Shown here in pieces: positions 9,663 through 19,311 of a stretch of DNA of 58,385 nt. Numbering within the stretch: the stretch's first letter is position 1; every line of letters starts with the position of its first letter. The notes below the pieces were generated by a model. That model did not search any database, was not told where the DNA came from, and was given only the letters and a program-made list of their open reading frames with translations. A program made the translations under genes and the position numbers. Source of the DNA: Gemmatimonas sp. (GTDB taxonomy: Bacteria > Gemmatimonadota > Gemmatimonadetes > Gemmatimonadales > Gemmatimonadaceae); NCBI GenBank assembly GCA_043736095.1, contig JAYTDH010000230.1, positions 1 through 58,385 of the forward strand, read 5' to 3'.

Positions 9663-11285
9663 ATGACCTCCCGCCGCGAATTCCTCGCGACCACCGGACT
9701 CGCCGCCAGCGCCGTCGCGCTCGCCAGTCGCCAAGTTGGCGCCGCGACCGCCTCCCCCATCCTCACCGCGACCACCGAGCCCGATCCGCAGGTGAAGGTC
9801 CTCCTTCTTGAGGCCCTCACCGCCGCGCGACTCGCGGGTGCCAACTGGGCCGACGCGCGCGTCCAACGCCAGCGCCGCCAAAACCTCGGCACCCGCGAGC
9901 AACAGGTCACCAACGTCCTCGACACTGACACGATTGGCTGCGGCGTGCGTGTCCTCGTAGATGGCACTTGGGGATTCTCCGCCACGCGCGTCCTCACCAA
10001 GGACGGCGTCGCACGCGCCGCGCGCCAAGCTGTCGCGCTCGCCAAGGCCAATCGCATTGCGCGCGACCGTAGCGTCACCCTCGCCCCCGCACCCACGCAT
10101 AGCAACGCGTCGTGGAAGTCGTCGTATACGATTGATCCCTGGAGCATTCCCGTCGCCGAGAAAGTGGATCTCCTGTTGCGCGCCAATGCCGCGGCGCAAC
10201 GCGTACGCAACGTGCGCTTTGTGAACTCCAACCTCTCGTTCGTCAAGGAAGAACGCTCCTACGCGAACTCCGAGGGCTCGATGATTGCGCAGGACGTCGT
10301 GCGCTCTTGGGTCACAATGACCGTTACGGCGATCTCGGATGATCGTACCGAGGTCGCCACGCGCGGCCCCGAAGTCGTGCAACCCATGGGACGCGGGTGG
10401 GAGTACGTCCTCGAGAACGACATCGTCACCAACGCCACCATCTGGGCCGAACAAGCGCGCGAGAAGCTCTCCGCGAAGTCCGTGGACGTTGGTCGCTACG
10501 ATCTCGTGCTCCACCCCTCACAGCTCTTTCTCACCATCCACGAGTCTATCGGGCATCCGACCGAACTCGATCGTGCGATGGGCTACGAAGCCAATCTCGC
10601 CGGCACTTCCTTCATCGCCCCTCCCACCGACGTCCTTGGCAAGCTGCGGCTTGGCCCCGATCATCTCACCATCCGCGGCGATCGCTCACAACCCGCGGGC
10701 CTCGCCACCATCGGCTACGACGACGACGGCGTGCAGCCCGATGAGTTCGACATCATCAAGAACGGCATCTTCTGGGATTACCAGACCACGCGCGAGCAGG
10801 CCGAGTGGATACGCCCCTGGTATGAGAAAAACAACATGCCCACGCGCTCGCACGGCTGCTCCTACGCGCAAAGCTGGAGCGATGTCGCCTTCCAGCGCAT
10901 GCCAAACGTTTCCATCGTCCCTGATCAACGCGTCGACCGCAAGTGGGACGATCTCATCGCCAGCACCGACAAAGGCATCGCGATGATCGGCCGCGCGTCG
11001 TACTCAATCGACCAACAGCGCTACAATGCGCAGTTCGGCGCGCAGGTCTGCTACGAGATTCGCGGCGGCAAGATCGTCGGCCAACTCAAAGACGTCGCGT
11101 ACGTCATGCGCACCCCCGACTTCTGGAACTCCATCGACATCATCGGCGGGAAGTCCTCCTACGAACTCGGCGGCACCTTCAACGATGGCAAGGGACAACC
11201 TGGGCAATCGAATGCCGTGAGCCACGGCTGCCCCCCCTGTCTCTTCCGCAACATCAACGTGCTCAACACGGGGCGCACTCTGTGA
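9663..11285 (+). CDS. tldD: TldD family metalloprotease with a twin-arginine (Tat) signal
   Basis: GGAG RBS before ATG 9663; MTSRREFLATTGLAASAVAL; HESIGH zinc motif; RMPN; GKGQPGQSNAVSHGCP with the C-terminal Cys ligand. Confidence 0.93.
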   Translation: MTSRREFLATTGLAASAVALASRQVGAATASPILTATTEPDPQVKVLLLEALTAARLAGANWADARVQRQRRQNLGTREQQVTNVLDTDTIGCGVRVLVDGTWGFSATRVLTKDGVARAARQAVALAKANRIARDRSVTLAPAPTHSNASWKSSYTIDPWSIPVAEKVDLLLRANAAAQRVRNVRFVNSNLSFVKEERSYANSEGSMIAQDVVRSWVTMTVTAISDDRTEVATRGPEVVQPMGRGWEYVLENDIVTNATIWAEQAREKLSAKSVDVGRYDLVLHPSQLFLTIHESIGHPTELDRAMGYEANLAGTSFIAPPTDVLGKLRLGPDHLTIRGDRSQPAGLATIGYDDDGVQPDEFDIIKNGIFWDYQTTREQAEWIRPWYEKNNMPTRSHGCSYAQSWSDVAFQRMPNVSIVPDQRVDRKWDDLIASTDKGIAMIGRASYSIDQQRYNAQFGAQVCYEIRGGKIVGQLKDVAYVMRTPDFWNSIDIIGGKSSYELGGTFNDGKGQPGQSNAVSHGCPPCLFRNINVLNTGRTL

Positions 11286-12721
11286 GCACCCTCTCCGATT
11301 CGCCCAAGCGCCTCATCGCGCGCCGCGACGCCGAACGTCACGGCGTGCTCGACGAGCCGATCGTTCTCGCGCGCGCCGAGTGCGAGGACATCGTCCAACG
11401 CGCAATCAAGGCGTCCAAGGCCGACGCCTGCCGCGTGAGTGTGAATAGCTCGTACGCCACCAACGTCCGCTTCGCCGACAACCAGATGTCCACCTCTGGC
11501 ATCTCCGACGATGCGACCATTAGCATCACCGCGTTCGTCGGCAAGCGAAATGCCACGGTGCTCACGAACGATCTCGGACCTGGCGGCCTTGAGCGCGCCG
11601 TGGCGCAAGCCGAGGCGCTCGCCCGACTCTCCCCCGAAGATCCCGAGCAACTCCCCGAACTCCCCGCGCAGCAGTACGCCACGATCCCCGCCTGGTTCGA
11701 CTCCACCGCCACGTTGAGCGCGGATGATCGCGCGCGCGCCGCACTCTCCACACTCGAGCTCACGCGTCGCGCCAGCGATATCACTGCCGCGGGATACATC
11801 GAGGCCTCGGCGAACTCGCAGGCGATCGGCAACAGCGCCGGCCTCTTCGCGTTCCATCGCAGCACGAGTGCCAACTACTCGCTCACCGTGCGCACGAGCG
11901 ACGGCACCGGTAGCTCTTGGATGGGCGCCGACGACAACGATTGGCGCAAGATCGATTTCCGCGGCATCGCCACGGGCACCGCCGAACGCGCGCGCGCCTC
12001 ACGCAATCCGCAGGCGATCGAACCGGGGCGCTACACCGTGATCTTTGAGCCGCAGGCGTCCGCTGATCTCCTCGGCTCAATTGCCGGCATCTTCAGCGCG
12101 CGCGCCGCCGACGAAGGGCGCTCCCCGATGTCAAAGGCTGGGGGAGGCACGAAACTCGGTGAACGCATCCTTGACTCCCGCGTCACGTTGTTGTCCGATC
12201 CGAGCGACGCACAAATTCTCGGCTCCCCCTTTGCCGGCGATGGCCTGCCGCTGCAACGGCGCGTCTGGGTTGAGAACGGCGTGCTCAAGCAACTGAGCTA
12301 CGATCGCTTCTGGGCGCAGCGCACGGGCAACCAGCCCACGGGCGGCGGTGGAGGTGGGTTTGGTGGCGGCGGCTTTGGTGGTGGTGGTGGCGCGGGCTTC
12401 AAGATGCTCGGTGGCGATTCCACCATCGACGCGATGATCAAGGGATCCGAGCGCGCCGTCCTCGTCACACGCTTGTGGTATCTGCGTCCGGTGAATCAGC
12501 GCACACTGGTGTTCACCGGCCTCACGCGCGATGGCACCTTCTTGGTCGAGAATGGCCGCATCACTCGTTCCATCAAAAACATGCGCTTCAACGACTCGGG
12601 GCTCATCATGCTCAACAACCTTGAGGCGCTCGGCCCAGCGGTGCGGACCAATAGTGGTGTGGTCTTTCCCGCGGTGAAGGCACGCGACTTTAGTTTCACT
12701 AGCCTGAGCGACGCGGTGTAA
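11282..12721 (+). CDS. TldE/PmbA-like partner subunit
   Basis: GTGA overlap with tldD; IEPGRYTVIFEP, DGLP...WVENGVL, TGLTRDGTFLVENG; no HExxxH; Gly-rich insertion. Confidence 0.9.
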   Translation: MSTLSDSPKRLIARRDAERHGVLDEPIVLARAECEDIVQRAIKASKADACRVSVNSSYATNVRFADNQMSTSGISDDATISITAFVGKRNATVLTNDLGPGGLERAVAQAEALARLSPEDPEQLPELPAQQYATIPAWFDSTATLSADDRARAALSTLELTRRASDITAAGYIEASANSQAIGNSAGLFAFHRSTSANYSLTVRTSDGTGSSWMGADDNDWRKIDFRGIATGTAERARASRNPQAIEPGRYTVIFEPQASADLLGSIAGIFSARAADEGRSPMSKAGGGTKLGERILDSRVTLLSDPSDAQILGSPFAGDGLPLQRRVWVENGVLKQLSYDRFWAQRTGNQPTGGGGGGFGGGGFGGGGGAGFKMLGGDSTIDAMIKGSERAVLVTRLWYLRPVNQRTLVFTGLTRDGTFLVENGRITRSIKNMRFNDSGLIMLNNLEALGPAVRTNSGVVFPAVKARDFSFTSLSDAV

Positions 12722-12751
12722 TGCCAATGCAGCGCACGGAACGCTGACCCA

Positions 12752-13777
12752 ATGCCCCATCGCTTCCCTTGGGCGCGATACTCGGACGAGCGGCTCTTAC
12801 AGCTGCGCGTCCGAGAGCTCGGGGTGCGATTAGAGGGCACGTGGGTCGGCGACTGCGTGAACGAACTTCACGGGGAACTCGAGGAACGCGGCATCCGTCT
12901 CAAGCCGCACGTCTGGGTCTCCGACGAGTGGTTCTCGCCTGGGGGCGTCTCCGGCTTCGCGGTGCCGTTCTATCTGCTGCATCCGCGCCTGATGCGCCTC
13001 GAGCGCAACCAGTTAATCGAGGTCGAAGGCGGCACGCACCACGAGTGCATGAAGATCCTGCGCCACGAGTGCGGCCACGCAATCCAGCACGGCTATCAGC
13101 TACATCGCAAGCGGGAGTGGCAACGCCTCTTTGGGAAGTCGAGCGTGAAGTATCCCGATGCGTATCGCCCCAATCCGGCGAGCAAGCGCTACGTGCAGCA
13201 TCTGCGACGATGGTACGCGCAGAGTCATCCCGATGAGGATTTTGCGGAGACCTTTGCCGTCTGGCTCCGCCCTCGTGCCGATTGGCGTCGTCGCTACGCC
13301 GGTTGGCCGGCGTTGCAAAAGCTCGAGTACGTGGATCAACTGATGCAAGAGATTGCCGGCACCGTTCCCCCAGCGCGCGACCGGCGCGTGGTGGATCCGC
13401 TGCGCAAAGTGAATCGCACACTCTTCGACCACTACTTGTATCGGCGCGCGATATATTCGGTCGAGTACCCCAAGACCTACGACGACGATTTGTCCAGCCT
13501 CTTCTCTGATGATCCGCGGTATCGCCATCGCCCCACGGCAGCCGGGTTCCTCCGCACACACCGCGTCCATATCCGCAGCATTGTCTCCCGATGGACCGGT
13601 GAATACCAGTTCTCCCTCGATCAAGTGCTCACTGATATGAGCGGCCGTTGCCGCGAGCTCAAACTTCGCGTCATCGGCAATGAGCGCCAGGTCCTGACCG
13701 ACTTCATGGTGCTTCTCACTGCACGCACAATGAGTTTTCTCGTCGGCCAGGGACGCCGCGACTGGATCGCTGTATGA
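12752..13777 (+). CDS. Putative zinc-binding metallopeptidase (zincin, Peptidase_Mx-like)
   Basis: LRHECGHA (HExxH) followed by YAQSHPDEDFAETF. Confidence 0.85.
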   Translation: MPHRFPWARYSDERLLQLRVRELGVRLEGTWVGDCVNELHGELEERGIRLKPHVWVSDEWFSPGGVSGFAVPFYLLHPRLMRLERNQLIEVEGGTHHECMKILRHECGHAIQHGYQLHRKREWQRLFGKSSVKYPDAYRPNPASKRYVQHLRRWYAQSHPDEDFAETFAVWLRPRADWRRRYAGWPALQKLEYVDQLMQEIAGTVPPARDRRVVDPLRKVNRTLFDHYLYRRAIYSVEYPKTYDDDLSSLFSDDPRYRHRPTAAGFLRTHRVHIRSIVSRWTGEYQFSLDQVLTDMSGRCRELKLRVIGNERQVLTDFMVLLTARTMSFLVGQGRRDWIAV

Positions 13778-14787
13778 GGAAGCTCCGCATCCTCGTGCTC
13801 ACGCACCCGGATCTGGCGCCGCCTGATGATCTCGCGGCGCTCTCCCCCAAGGAGCAGTTCGAGATCAAGACCGAGATCGACGTCATCACCACGCTCCGCA
13901 ATCTCGGGCACGATGTCCTCGTGCTCGGCGTGCAGTGGGAACTTCGGCCCATCCGCGAGGCGGTCGAGGCGCACAAGCCCGACATCGTCTTTAATCTCCT
14001 CGAGGAGTTCCACGGCGAGACAACCTACGATCACAATGTCGTCGGCTTCCTCGAGCTCATGAAGGTTCGCTACACCGGCTGCAATCCTCGCGGCCTGATG
14101 CTTTCGCGCGGCAAGGCGCTCTCCAAGAAGCTCCTCGCCTATCATCGTATCCGCGTCCCCGATTTCGCCGTCTTCCCCATTGGCCGCAAGGTGCGCCGCC
14201 CGCGCGACCTCACCTTCCCCCTCATTGTGAAATCGCTCATCGAGCATTCGTCGGTGGGCATCTCCAAAGCCTCTATCGTCAACACCGACGACGAACTCGT
14301 GGAGCGCGTGCGGTTTGTCCACGAACGCATCGGCACCGACGCCATCGCCGAACAGTTCATCAGCGGGCGCGAGCTTTACGTGAGCGTGCTCGGCAACAAT
14401 CGACTCGTCGCCTTCACGCCGTGGGAGCTCTTCGCCGAGAAGAGCGATCCCAACGAGCCGCTGATCGCCACGGCCAAGGCGAAGCACGACATCGATTACC
14501 AAGCCAAGAAGGGCATCACCATCCGCGCTGCGCAGGAGTTGCATCCGGCGGTTGAGGAACGCCTGCTCCACGACAGCAAGCGCATTTATCGGATCCTCGA
14601 GCTCACCGGCTATGCGCGCATCGATTTCCGTCTCGACGCCGAGAATCGTCTCTATTTCCTCGAGGCCAACCCCAATCCCGACATCTCCGAGCAAGAGGAG
14701 TTCGCCTCGGCCGCCAGGCACGACGGCCTGAGCTATCCCAAGCTCCTAGAGCGCATTCTGCGACTCGGCCTCCCGACGCAGGAATAG
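13774..14787 (+). CDS. D-Ala-D-Ala ligase-like ATP-grasp protein (atypical paralog)
   Basis: PDIVFNL, YTGC, KALSKKLL, FPLIVKS, AEQFISGRE, GYARIDFR, LEANPNP; ATGA overlap with the peptidase gene. Confidence 0.88.
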   Translation: MRKLRILVLTHPDLAPPDDLAALSPKEQFEIKTEIDVITTLRNLGHDVLVLGVQWELRPIREAVEAHKPDIVFNLLEEFHGETTYDHNVVGFLELMKVRYTGCNPRGLMLSRGKALSKKLLAYHRIRVPDFAVFPIGRKVRRPRDLTFPLIVKSLIEHSSVGISKASIVNTDDELVERVRFVHERIGTDAIAEQFISGRELYVSVLGNNRLVAFTPWELFAEKSDPNEPLIATAKAKHDIDYQAKKGITIRAAQELHPAVEERLLHDSKRIYRILELTGYARIDFRLDAENRLYFLEANPNPDISEQEEFASAARHDGLSYPKLLERILRLGLPTQE

Positions 14788-14819
14788 TCCCAACAGACCC
14801 CCCCCGCCGCGCGTAGTAG

Positions 14820-16181
14820 ATGCACATGCCCTCCCCCTCGATCTTCCGTCCCCTCGCGCGCCGCATCACACGCCGCGCGCGCGCCGCGTGTCTTTCCCTT
14901 GTAGTCGCCCTTCCCCTTTTCCTCGCTCCTTCCTCTCCGCTTTCCGCCCAGGAACCCGGAGTTCCCACCCGCGCCGCCCCCACCTCCGAGCCCCGCCTCC
15001 GCGTCTTCCTCGACTGCCCCACCGGCGGCTGCGACCGCAACTTCCTGATCACCGAGCTCCCCTACGTCCTCTGGACGCAGGATCGGCTTGACGCGGACAT
15101 CCACGCGCTCATCACCACAATCAGCACGGCAGCCGGTGGGAGCGCCTATACCTTCACGCTACTTGGCCGCGGCATCTTCATCGCCAAAGTCGACACACTG
15201 CACGCCACCATTGCACCCAACTCCACCGACGACATGCGCCGTCGTGAAGTCGCCCGCGTTCTCAAGCTTGGTCTCGTGCCGTACGCGATTCGGGTCAGCG
15301 ATTCGTCGCCCTTCTCGTTGCGCTACGATGCGCCAATCAATGTGACGGGCATCGGACCGCTCCAAGTGATTGAGGACTCGTGGGACTTCTGGGTCTATCG
15401 CATCCGCGTCAACGGCAGCGGCAACGCCGAATCGCTCAACTCGTCGTACCAACTCAACGGCAGTGTGAACGTGAGCCGCACCACTGAGGCGCTCAAGCTC
15501 TCGTTCAGCGCCAACGAGGAGTATCGTGCCAATACCTTCACGCTCTCGGACAGCTCCAAGCAGACCTACATCCTGCGCTCCACCGATGTGAGCGCCCGCG
15601 CCGTGCGCAGCATCTCGGAGCATTGGTCCGTGGGCACGCGGCTCACCGCCGGCCGCTCTGATTTCCGCAACATGGAATCCGCCGCCGGACTCGATCTCTC
15701 CGCTGAGTACAACTACTTCCCGTGGCGCGACGCGACTTCGCGGCAGTTGATCGCCGCCATCGCCATCGGCGGGCGCTACACCGATTACAAAGAGGTCACC
15801 ATTTATGGTCTCACCACCGAGATGAGGCCGATCGCCCGCGCCATCCTCGCCGGCGAGTCGCGGCAGCAGTGGGGCTCGCTCGATGGCGCGATGCGTTACA
15901 CGCAGTATCTCCACGATGCCAAGACCTACAACTTGAGCTTCAATGGTCGCGCGCAGGTACGCCTTTCGCGCGGCCTCGCGCTCGAGCTGCGCGGCGACGC
16001 GGCGAAGGTGAACGATCAGCTCTACCTGCGTCGTGGCGGCGCGTCCGACAACGAAGTCCTCACCCGCCAGCGCGCACTGGCCACGAACTACCGGCTCGGT
16101 GGGTCGGTCGGCCTCACCTTCACCTTCGGTTCCATCTACAACAGCATCGTGAACCCGCGGCTCGACGAGCTCGGCACCTGA
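14820..16181 (+). CDS. Conserved hypothetical exported protein, probable outer-membrane beta-barrel
   Basis: Signal peptide ending PLSAQ; VFLDCPTGGCD; alternating amphipathic strands; ends LTFTFGSIYNSIVNPRL. Confidence 0.65.
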   Translation: MHMPSPSIFRPLARRITRRARAACLSLVVALPLFLAPSSPLSAQEPGVPTRAAPTSEPRLRVFLDCPTGGCDRNFLITELPYVLWTQDRLDADIHALITTISTAAGGSAYTFTLLGRGIFIAKVDTLHATIAPNSTDDMRRREVARVLKLGLVPYAIRVSDSSPFSLRYDAPINVTGIGPLQVIEDSWDFWVYRIRVNGSGNAESLNSSYQLNGSVNVSRTTEALKLSFSANEEYRANTFTLSDSSKQTYILRSTDVSARAVRSISEHWSVGTRLTAGRSDFRNMESAAGLDLSAEYNYFPWRDATSRQLIAAIAIGGRYTDYKEVTIYGLTTEMRPIARAILAGESRQQWGSLDGAMRYTQYLHDAKTYNLSFNGRAQVRLSRGLALELRGDAAKVNDQLYLRRGGASDNEVLTRQRALATNYRLGGSVGLTFTFGSIYNSIVNPRLDELGT

Positions 16182-16194
16182 GCTACTGCCGACG

Positions 16195-16584
16195 CTAGTC
16201 GCTCACGGCCATCGCAAACGTCACCGCGTGACCGCCGGGCTCCCGAACCCCAATCTCTTCCATTCCATAGAAGGTCTTGCGGCGCGGGAAGACGAGGGGC
16301 GCTCCTTCGATGCACTCGATCGTGTCATCGAGGTTCATCACCTCAATGAACAAGAAGGTCCCGCCGCCCGGTGCATCGGCAAGAGCCGGGAGGTCGGCCG
16401 CGATGCTCGCCCGAGTTTGGTACATGATCTCCAGCCCGCTCTTCTCGAAGATTACAAAGCCCAGTCGGTCACCGTGCGGCACCTCGGCCATCTTCTCAAA
16501 GCCGAGGGCGTCCCAAAAGGCGAGGCAGGGTTCGATCTCCTCCACAAGGAGGATCGGCGTGATGCGCTTGAGCCAATTGGCCAT
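16195..16584 (-). CDS. VOC/glyoxalase family protein
   Basis: ITPILLVEEIEPCLAFW...LFIEV...TFYGMEEIGVREPGG. Confidence 0.85.
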   Translation of the reverse strand: MANWLKRITPILLVEEIEPCLAFWDALGFEKMAEVPHGDRLGFVIFEKSGLEIMYQTRASIAADLPALADAPGGGTFLFIEVMNLDDTIECIEGAPLVFPRRKTFYGMEEIGVREPGGHAVTFAMAVSD

Positions 16585-16644
16585 CGTCGGGTCCGAGTGT
16601 TGGGTGCCTGATGTGCGACAGGTGCGCGGTTAACTTAGAGGCAA

Positions 16645-17133
16645 ATGCCTTCCACCGCACACTCCCCGCGCGCCGGCATCCTCGGCCTCTCGTGGCGACA
16701 GCTCATCGCGATCATCGCGCTGGTGAACGCTTTCGTGGCCACGTATCTGCATCTCTGGAAGATTGGCAAGGCCGGTGCCCTCTCGTGCGGGGGCGGCGGC
16801 GGGTGCGCCCTCGTGCAGTACAGTCCCTGGAGCTGGTTCCTCGGGGTGGATGTCGCGCTGATCGGTGCGGTCGGTTACTCGATTGTCGTGCTCGTCGCGG
16901 TCATTGGCTCGCTCGAGAACTTTGCCGACGCGCGATGGGTGGCCCGCACGTTGATGACGCTCGTGTGGGCGGCGTTGCTGTTCACCCTGCGGCTCAAGTA
17001 CGCAGAGTTCTTCATTCTGAAGACCTTTTGCCCGTGGTGTGCGATCTCGGCGGTAAGCATCACCGTGCTCAGTGCCCTGGTGTATCTGGAGGGGCGGCGC
17101 GCAAATCGCGGCTCGCCGAGGTCCGACGCATGA
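16645..17133 (+). CDS. Vitamin K epoxide reductase (VKOR) family protein
   Basis: Loop cysteines CGGGGGC, SPWSWFLG, CPWC redox motif, about 4 TM segments; no thioredoxin fusion. Confidence 0.9.
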   Translation: MPSTAHSPRAGILGLSWRQLIAIIALVNAFVATYLHLWKIGKAGALSCGGGGGCALVQYSPWSWFLGVDVALIGAVGYSIVVLVAVIGSLENFADARWVARTLMTLVWAALLFTLRLKYAEFFILKTFCPWCAISAVSITVLSALVYLEGRRANRGSPRSDA

Positions 17134-17141
17134 CCTCAAAC

Positions 17142-17177
17142 GACAATGCGCCCGGCACGAGTGCCGAGCGCATTGTC
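17142..17177. terminator. Hairpin between the convergent VKOR and tRNA-Phe genes
   Basis: GACAATGCGCCCGGCAC-GA-GTGCCGAGCGCATTGTC, a 17-bp inverted repeat with one mismatch. Confidence 0.75.
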
Positions 17178-17203
17178 CTGCCAGATTAATTGGTGCCAAT
17201 CGA

Positions 17204-17276
<73 letters not shown>

Positions 17277-17287
17277 GCGAGCCTTTC

Positions 17288-17316
17288 AACTTAGTCAGCC
17301 CCCCGCCCTGACTCAA
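17288..17316 (-). promoter_or_regulatory. Sigma70-like promoter of tRNA-Phe
   Basis: TTGAGT-N17-TAAGTT, ending 11 nt upstream of the tRNA 5' end. Confidence 0.65.
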
Positions 17317-17487
17317 GCCACCACGCACCAGAAAAAGCACGCCTAAGTCCCTCTCCGGTGGCACTTTCCGCCCCCTCGCCCCGTACGAGTGCGCAACGGC
17401 AACCCCCACGCCCCATTGGGTTGTCCTATTATAGATGTCCGGGGCCATCGCCCCGCCTTCCATTCCGCACGACTCCCTGAGGATCTG

Positions 17488-19152
17488 ATGCGTCGACTCC
17501 CCCACGCCGTGCTCACGGCGCTCTCGCTGCTCGCCACCGCCGCGCCGCTCGCCCACGCGCAACGCAACACCCCGCGCGCCGCCGCACTCCCGGCCCCGAT
17601 GACCCCCGCCGCCATGCGCGCGCGCCTCGAGCTCTACACCGCCGACTCCATGCGCGGCCGCCTCACCGGCACCGAAGATCATCGCAAGGCCACACGCTAC
17701 ATCGCCGCCGAACTACGCAAGATGGGCCTCGAACCCGCCGGCGATAGCGGCACCTTTCTCCAGCGCGTCGCCCTCGTCTCCACCGTCCTCGATACCGCGA
17801 GCTCCGCGCTCACCATCGGCGGCGAACGCCTCGTCCCGTACGTGGACTACCTCCCGCGCAATCAGGGCCCGCGCGGCCGCGTCGTCGATGGCGCAACCAC
17901 CATCTACGCCGGCGTCTGGGGATCTCCCGATCTCCTCAGCGGTGATGCCGTCGCTGGCAAGGCCGTCATCATTGCCGTCACGGCCGAAAATCCCACCGTC
18001 ATCAAGGTTCAAGCGCAGCAGCGCTACGCGAAGGCCGCGGCGATTGTCATCGTGAACTTCGATGTGATGGAGCCCGCGCTACGCGCCGCGATTTCCGCCG
18101 CGCCGATGCAGCTCGATGGCCCCGCGGCTGAAGGCCCCGAACTTCCCGCCTATCTCCACATCACTCGCGCCACCGCCGCTCGTGCACTCGGCCTCCCCGA
18201 GCTCGCGCAGGCCGCCATCGGACGCGAGGGCGCGGCGTTCGGCGGACGCGCGAGCTATAAGAAGCAGCCCGTCGAGTCGTACAACGTTGTTGCCATCCTC
18301 CGCGGCTCCGATGCCACACTCCGCAATGAGTATGTCGCCGTCGGCGCCCACAGCGACCACGTCGGCACCGGCCCCGCACTCGACCGCGACTCGCTCCGCG
18401 CCTTCAATCTCGAAATGCACGCCAAGCAGCTCGCCAACAACGGACAGATGACGCAGCAGATCTTCTCGTCCGTCCGCGTGAATATGGATTCCATCCGCCG
18501 CGCCAATCCTGTGGCGCGAATGGACTCCATCTACAACGGCGCCGATGACGATGGCTCTGGCTCCATGGCGGTCCTCGAGGTCGCCCGCGCTTTCGCCGGC
18601 GAGCGCGCCCGCCCCAAGCGCTCCATCATCTTCGTCTGGCACACCGGCGAGGAACTCGGACTCTTTGGCTCCGAGCACTTCACCGACCACCCCACCGTGC
18701 CGCGCGAGCAGATCGTCGCACAGCTCAACTTCGACATGGTCGGCCGCGGCAAGCCCGGCGATGAACTCCGCGGTGGCCCCAACTACGCGCAGCTCATCGG
18801 CTCGCGTCGTCTCTCCACCCAACTCGGCGACTTGGTCGAGACTGTGAGCCGTGAGAAGGGCTTCAACTGGGCCTTTGACTACCAGTACGACGCCAGCGGT
18901 CACCCCGAGCAGTACTATTGCCGCTCCGATCACTACATGTACGCACGCTACGGCATTCCGATTGTCTTTATGAGCACCGGGGGCCACGCCGATTACCACC
19001 AGGTCACCGACGAAGTCGAGTTCATTGACTTCGACAAACTCTCCAAGGTCGCGCGCTACGCCCACGATCTCGCCGCCTCAGTCGCGAACCTCGCCGAGCG
19101 GCCTGTCGTCGACAAGCCCAAGCCCGATCCGCGCGGTCGCTGCGTGCAGTAG
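17488..19152 (+). CDS. Exported M28 family metallopeptidase with PA-like insert
   Basis: GAGG RBS; signal peptide; GAHSDH, NGADDDGSG, GEELGLFGS, NFDMVG, RSDH, DYHQVTD. Confidence 0.93.
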   Translation: MRRLPHAVLTALSLLATAAPLAHAQRNTPRAAALPAPMTPAAMRARLELYTADSMRGRLTGTEDHRKATRYIAAELRKMGLEPAGDSGTFLQRVALVSTVLDTASSALTIGGERLVPYVDYLPRNQGPRGRVVDGATTIYAGVWGSPDLLSGDAVAGKAVIIAVTAENPTVIKVQAQQRYAKAAAIVIVNFDVMEPALRAAISAAPMQLDGPAAEGPELPAYLHITRATAARALGLPELAQAAIGREGAAFGGRASYKKQPVESYNVVAILRGSDATLRNEYVAVGAHSDHVGTGPALDRDSLRAFNLEMHAKQLANNGQMTQQIFSSVRVNMDSIRRANPVARMDSIYNGADDDGSGSMAVLEVARAFAGERARPKRSIIFVWHTGEELGLFGSEHFTDHPTVPREQIVAQLNFDMVGRGKPGDELRGGPNYAQLIGSRRLSTQLGDLVETVSREKGFNWAFDYQYDASGHPEQYYCRSDHYMYARYGIPIVFMSTGGHADYHQVTDEVEFIDFDKLSKVARYAHDLAASVANLAERPVVDKPKPDPRGRCVQ

Positions 19153-19179
19153 GGTGACCGCCACGCCCCAGTAGCACAC

Positions 19180-19211
19180 GCTCGGCCGCTCCCCTCGGGG
19201 AGCGGCCGAGC
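19180..19211 (+). terminator. GC-rich hairpin after the M28 gene
   Basis: GCTCGGCCGCTCCCC-TC-GGGGAGCGGCCGAGC, a perfect 15-bp inverted repeat; weak U tract. Confidence 0.7.
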
Positions 19212-19311
19212 TGTTCGTAGATGGATCCCAACAGCAGTTGGAAGTATCAGTACGTAGTTTTCTTGAAGCTTACAGCTTGCCGCTCGTAGCGCCCTCTCTC
19301 CTCTCCAGAAG

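Noticed and set aside
9527-14820. RiPP cluster (TldDE + ATP-grasp)
   Set aside because: No precursor peptide, YcaO or transporter seen; the ligase is Ddl-like rather than graspetide-type.
17188-17203. TCGATTGGCACCA after the tRNA 3' end, resembling a duplicated tRNA end or att site
   Set aside because: Too short, explained by a small palindrome (ATTGG-CA-CCAAT), and no integrase or second copy was seen.
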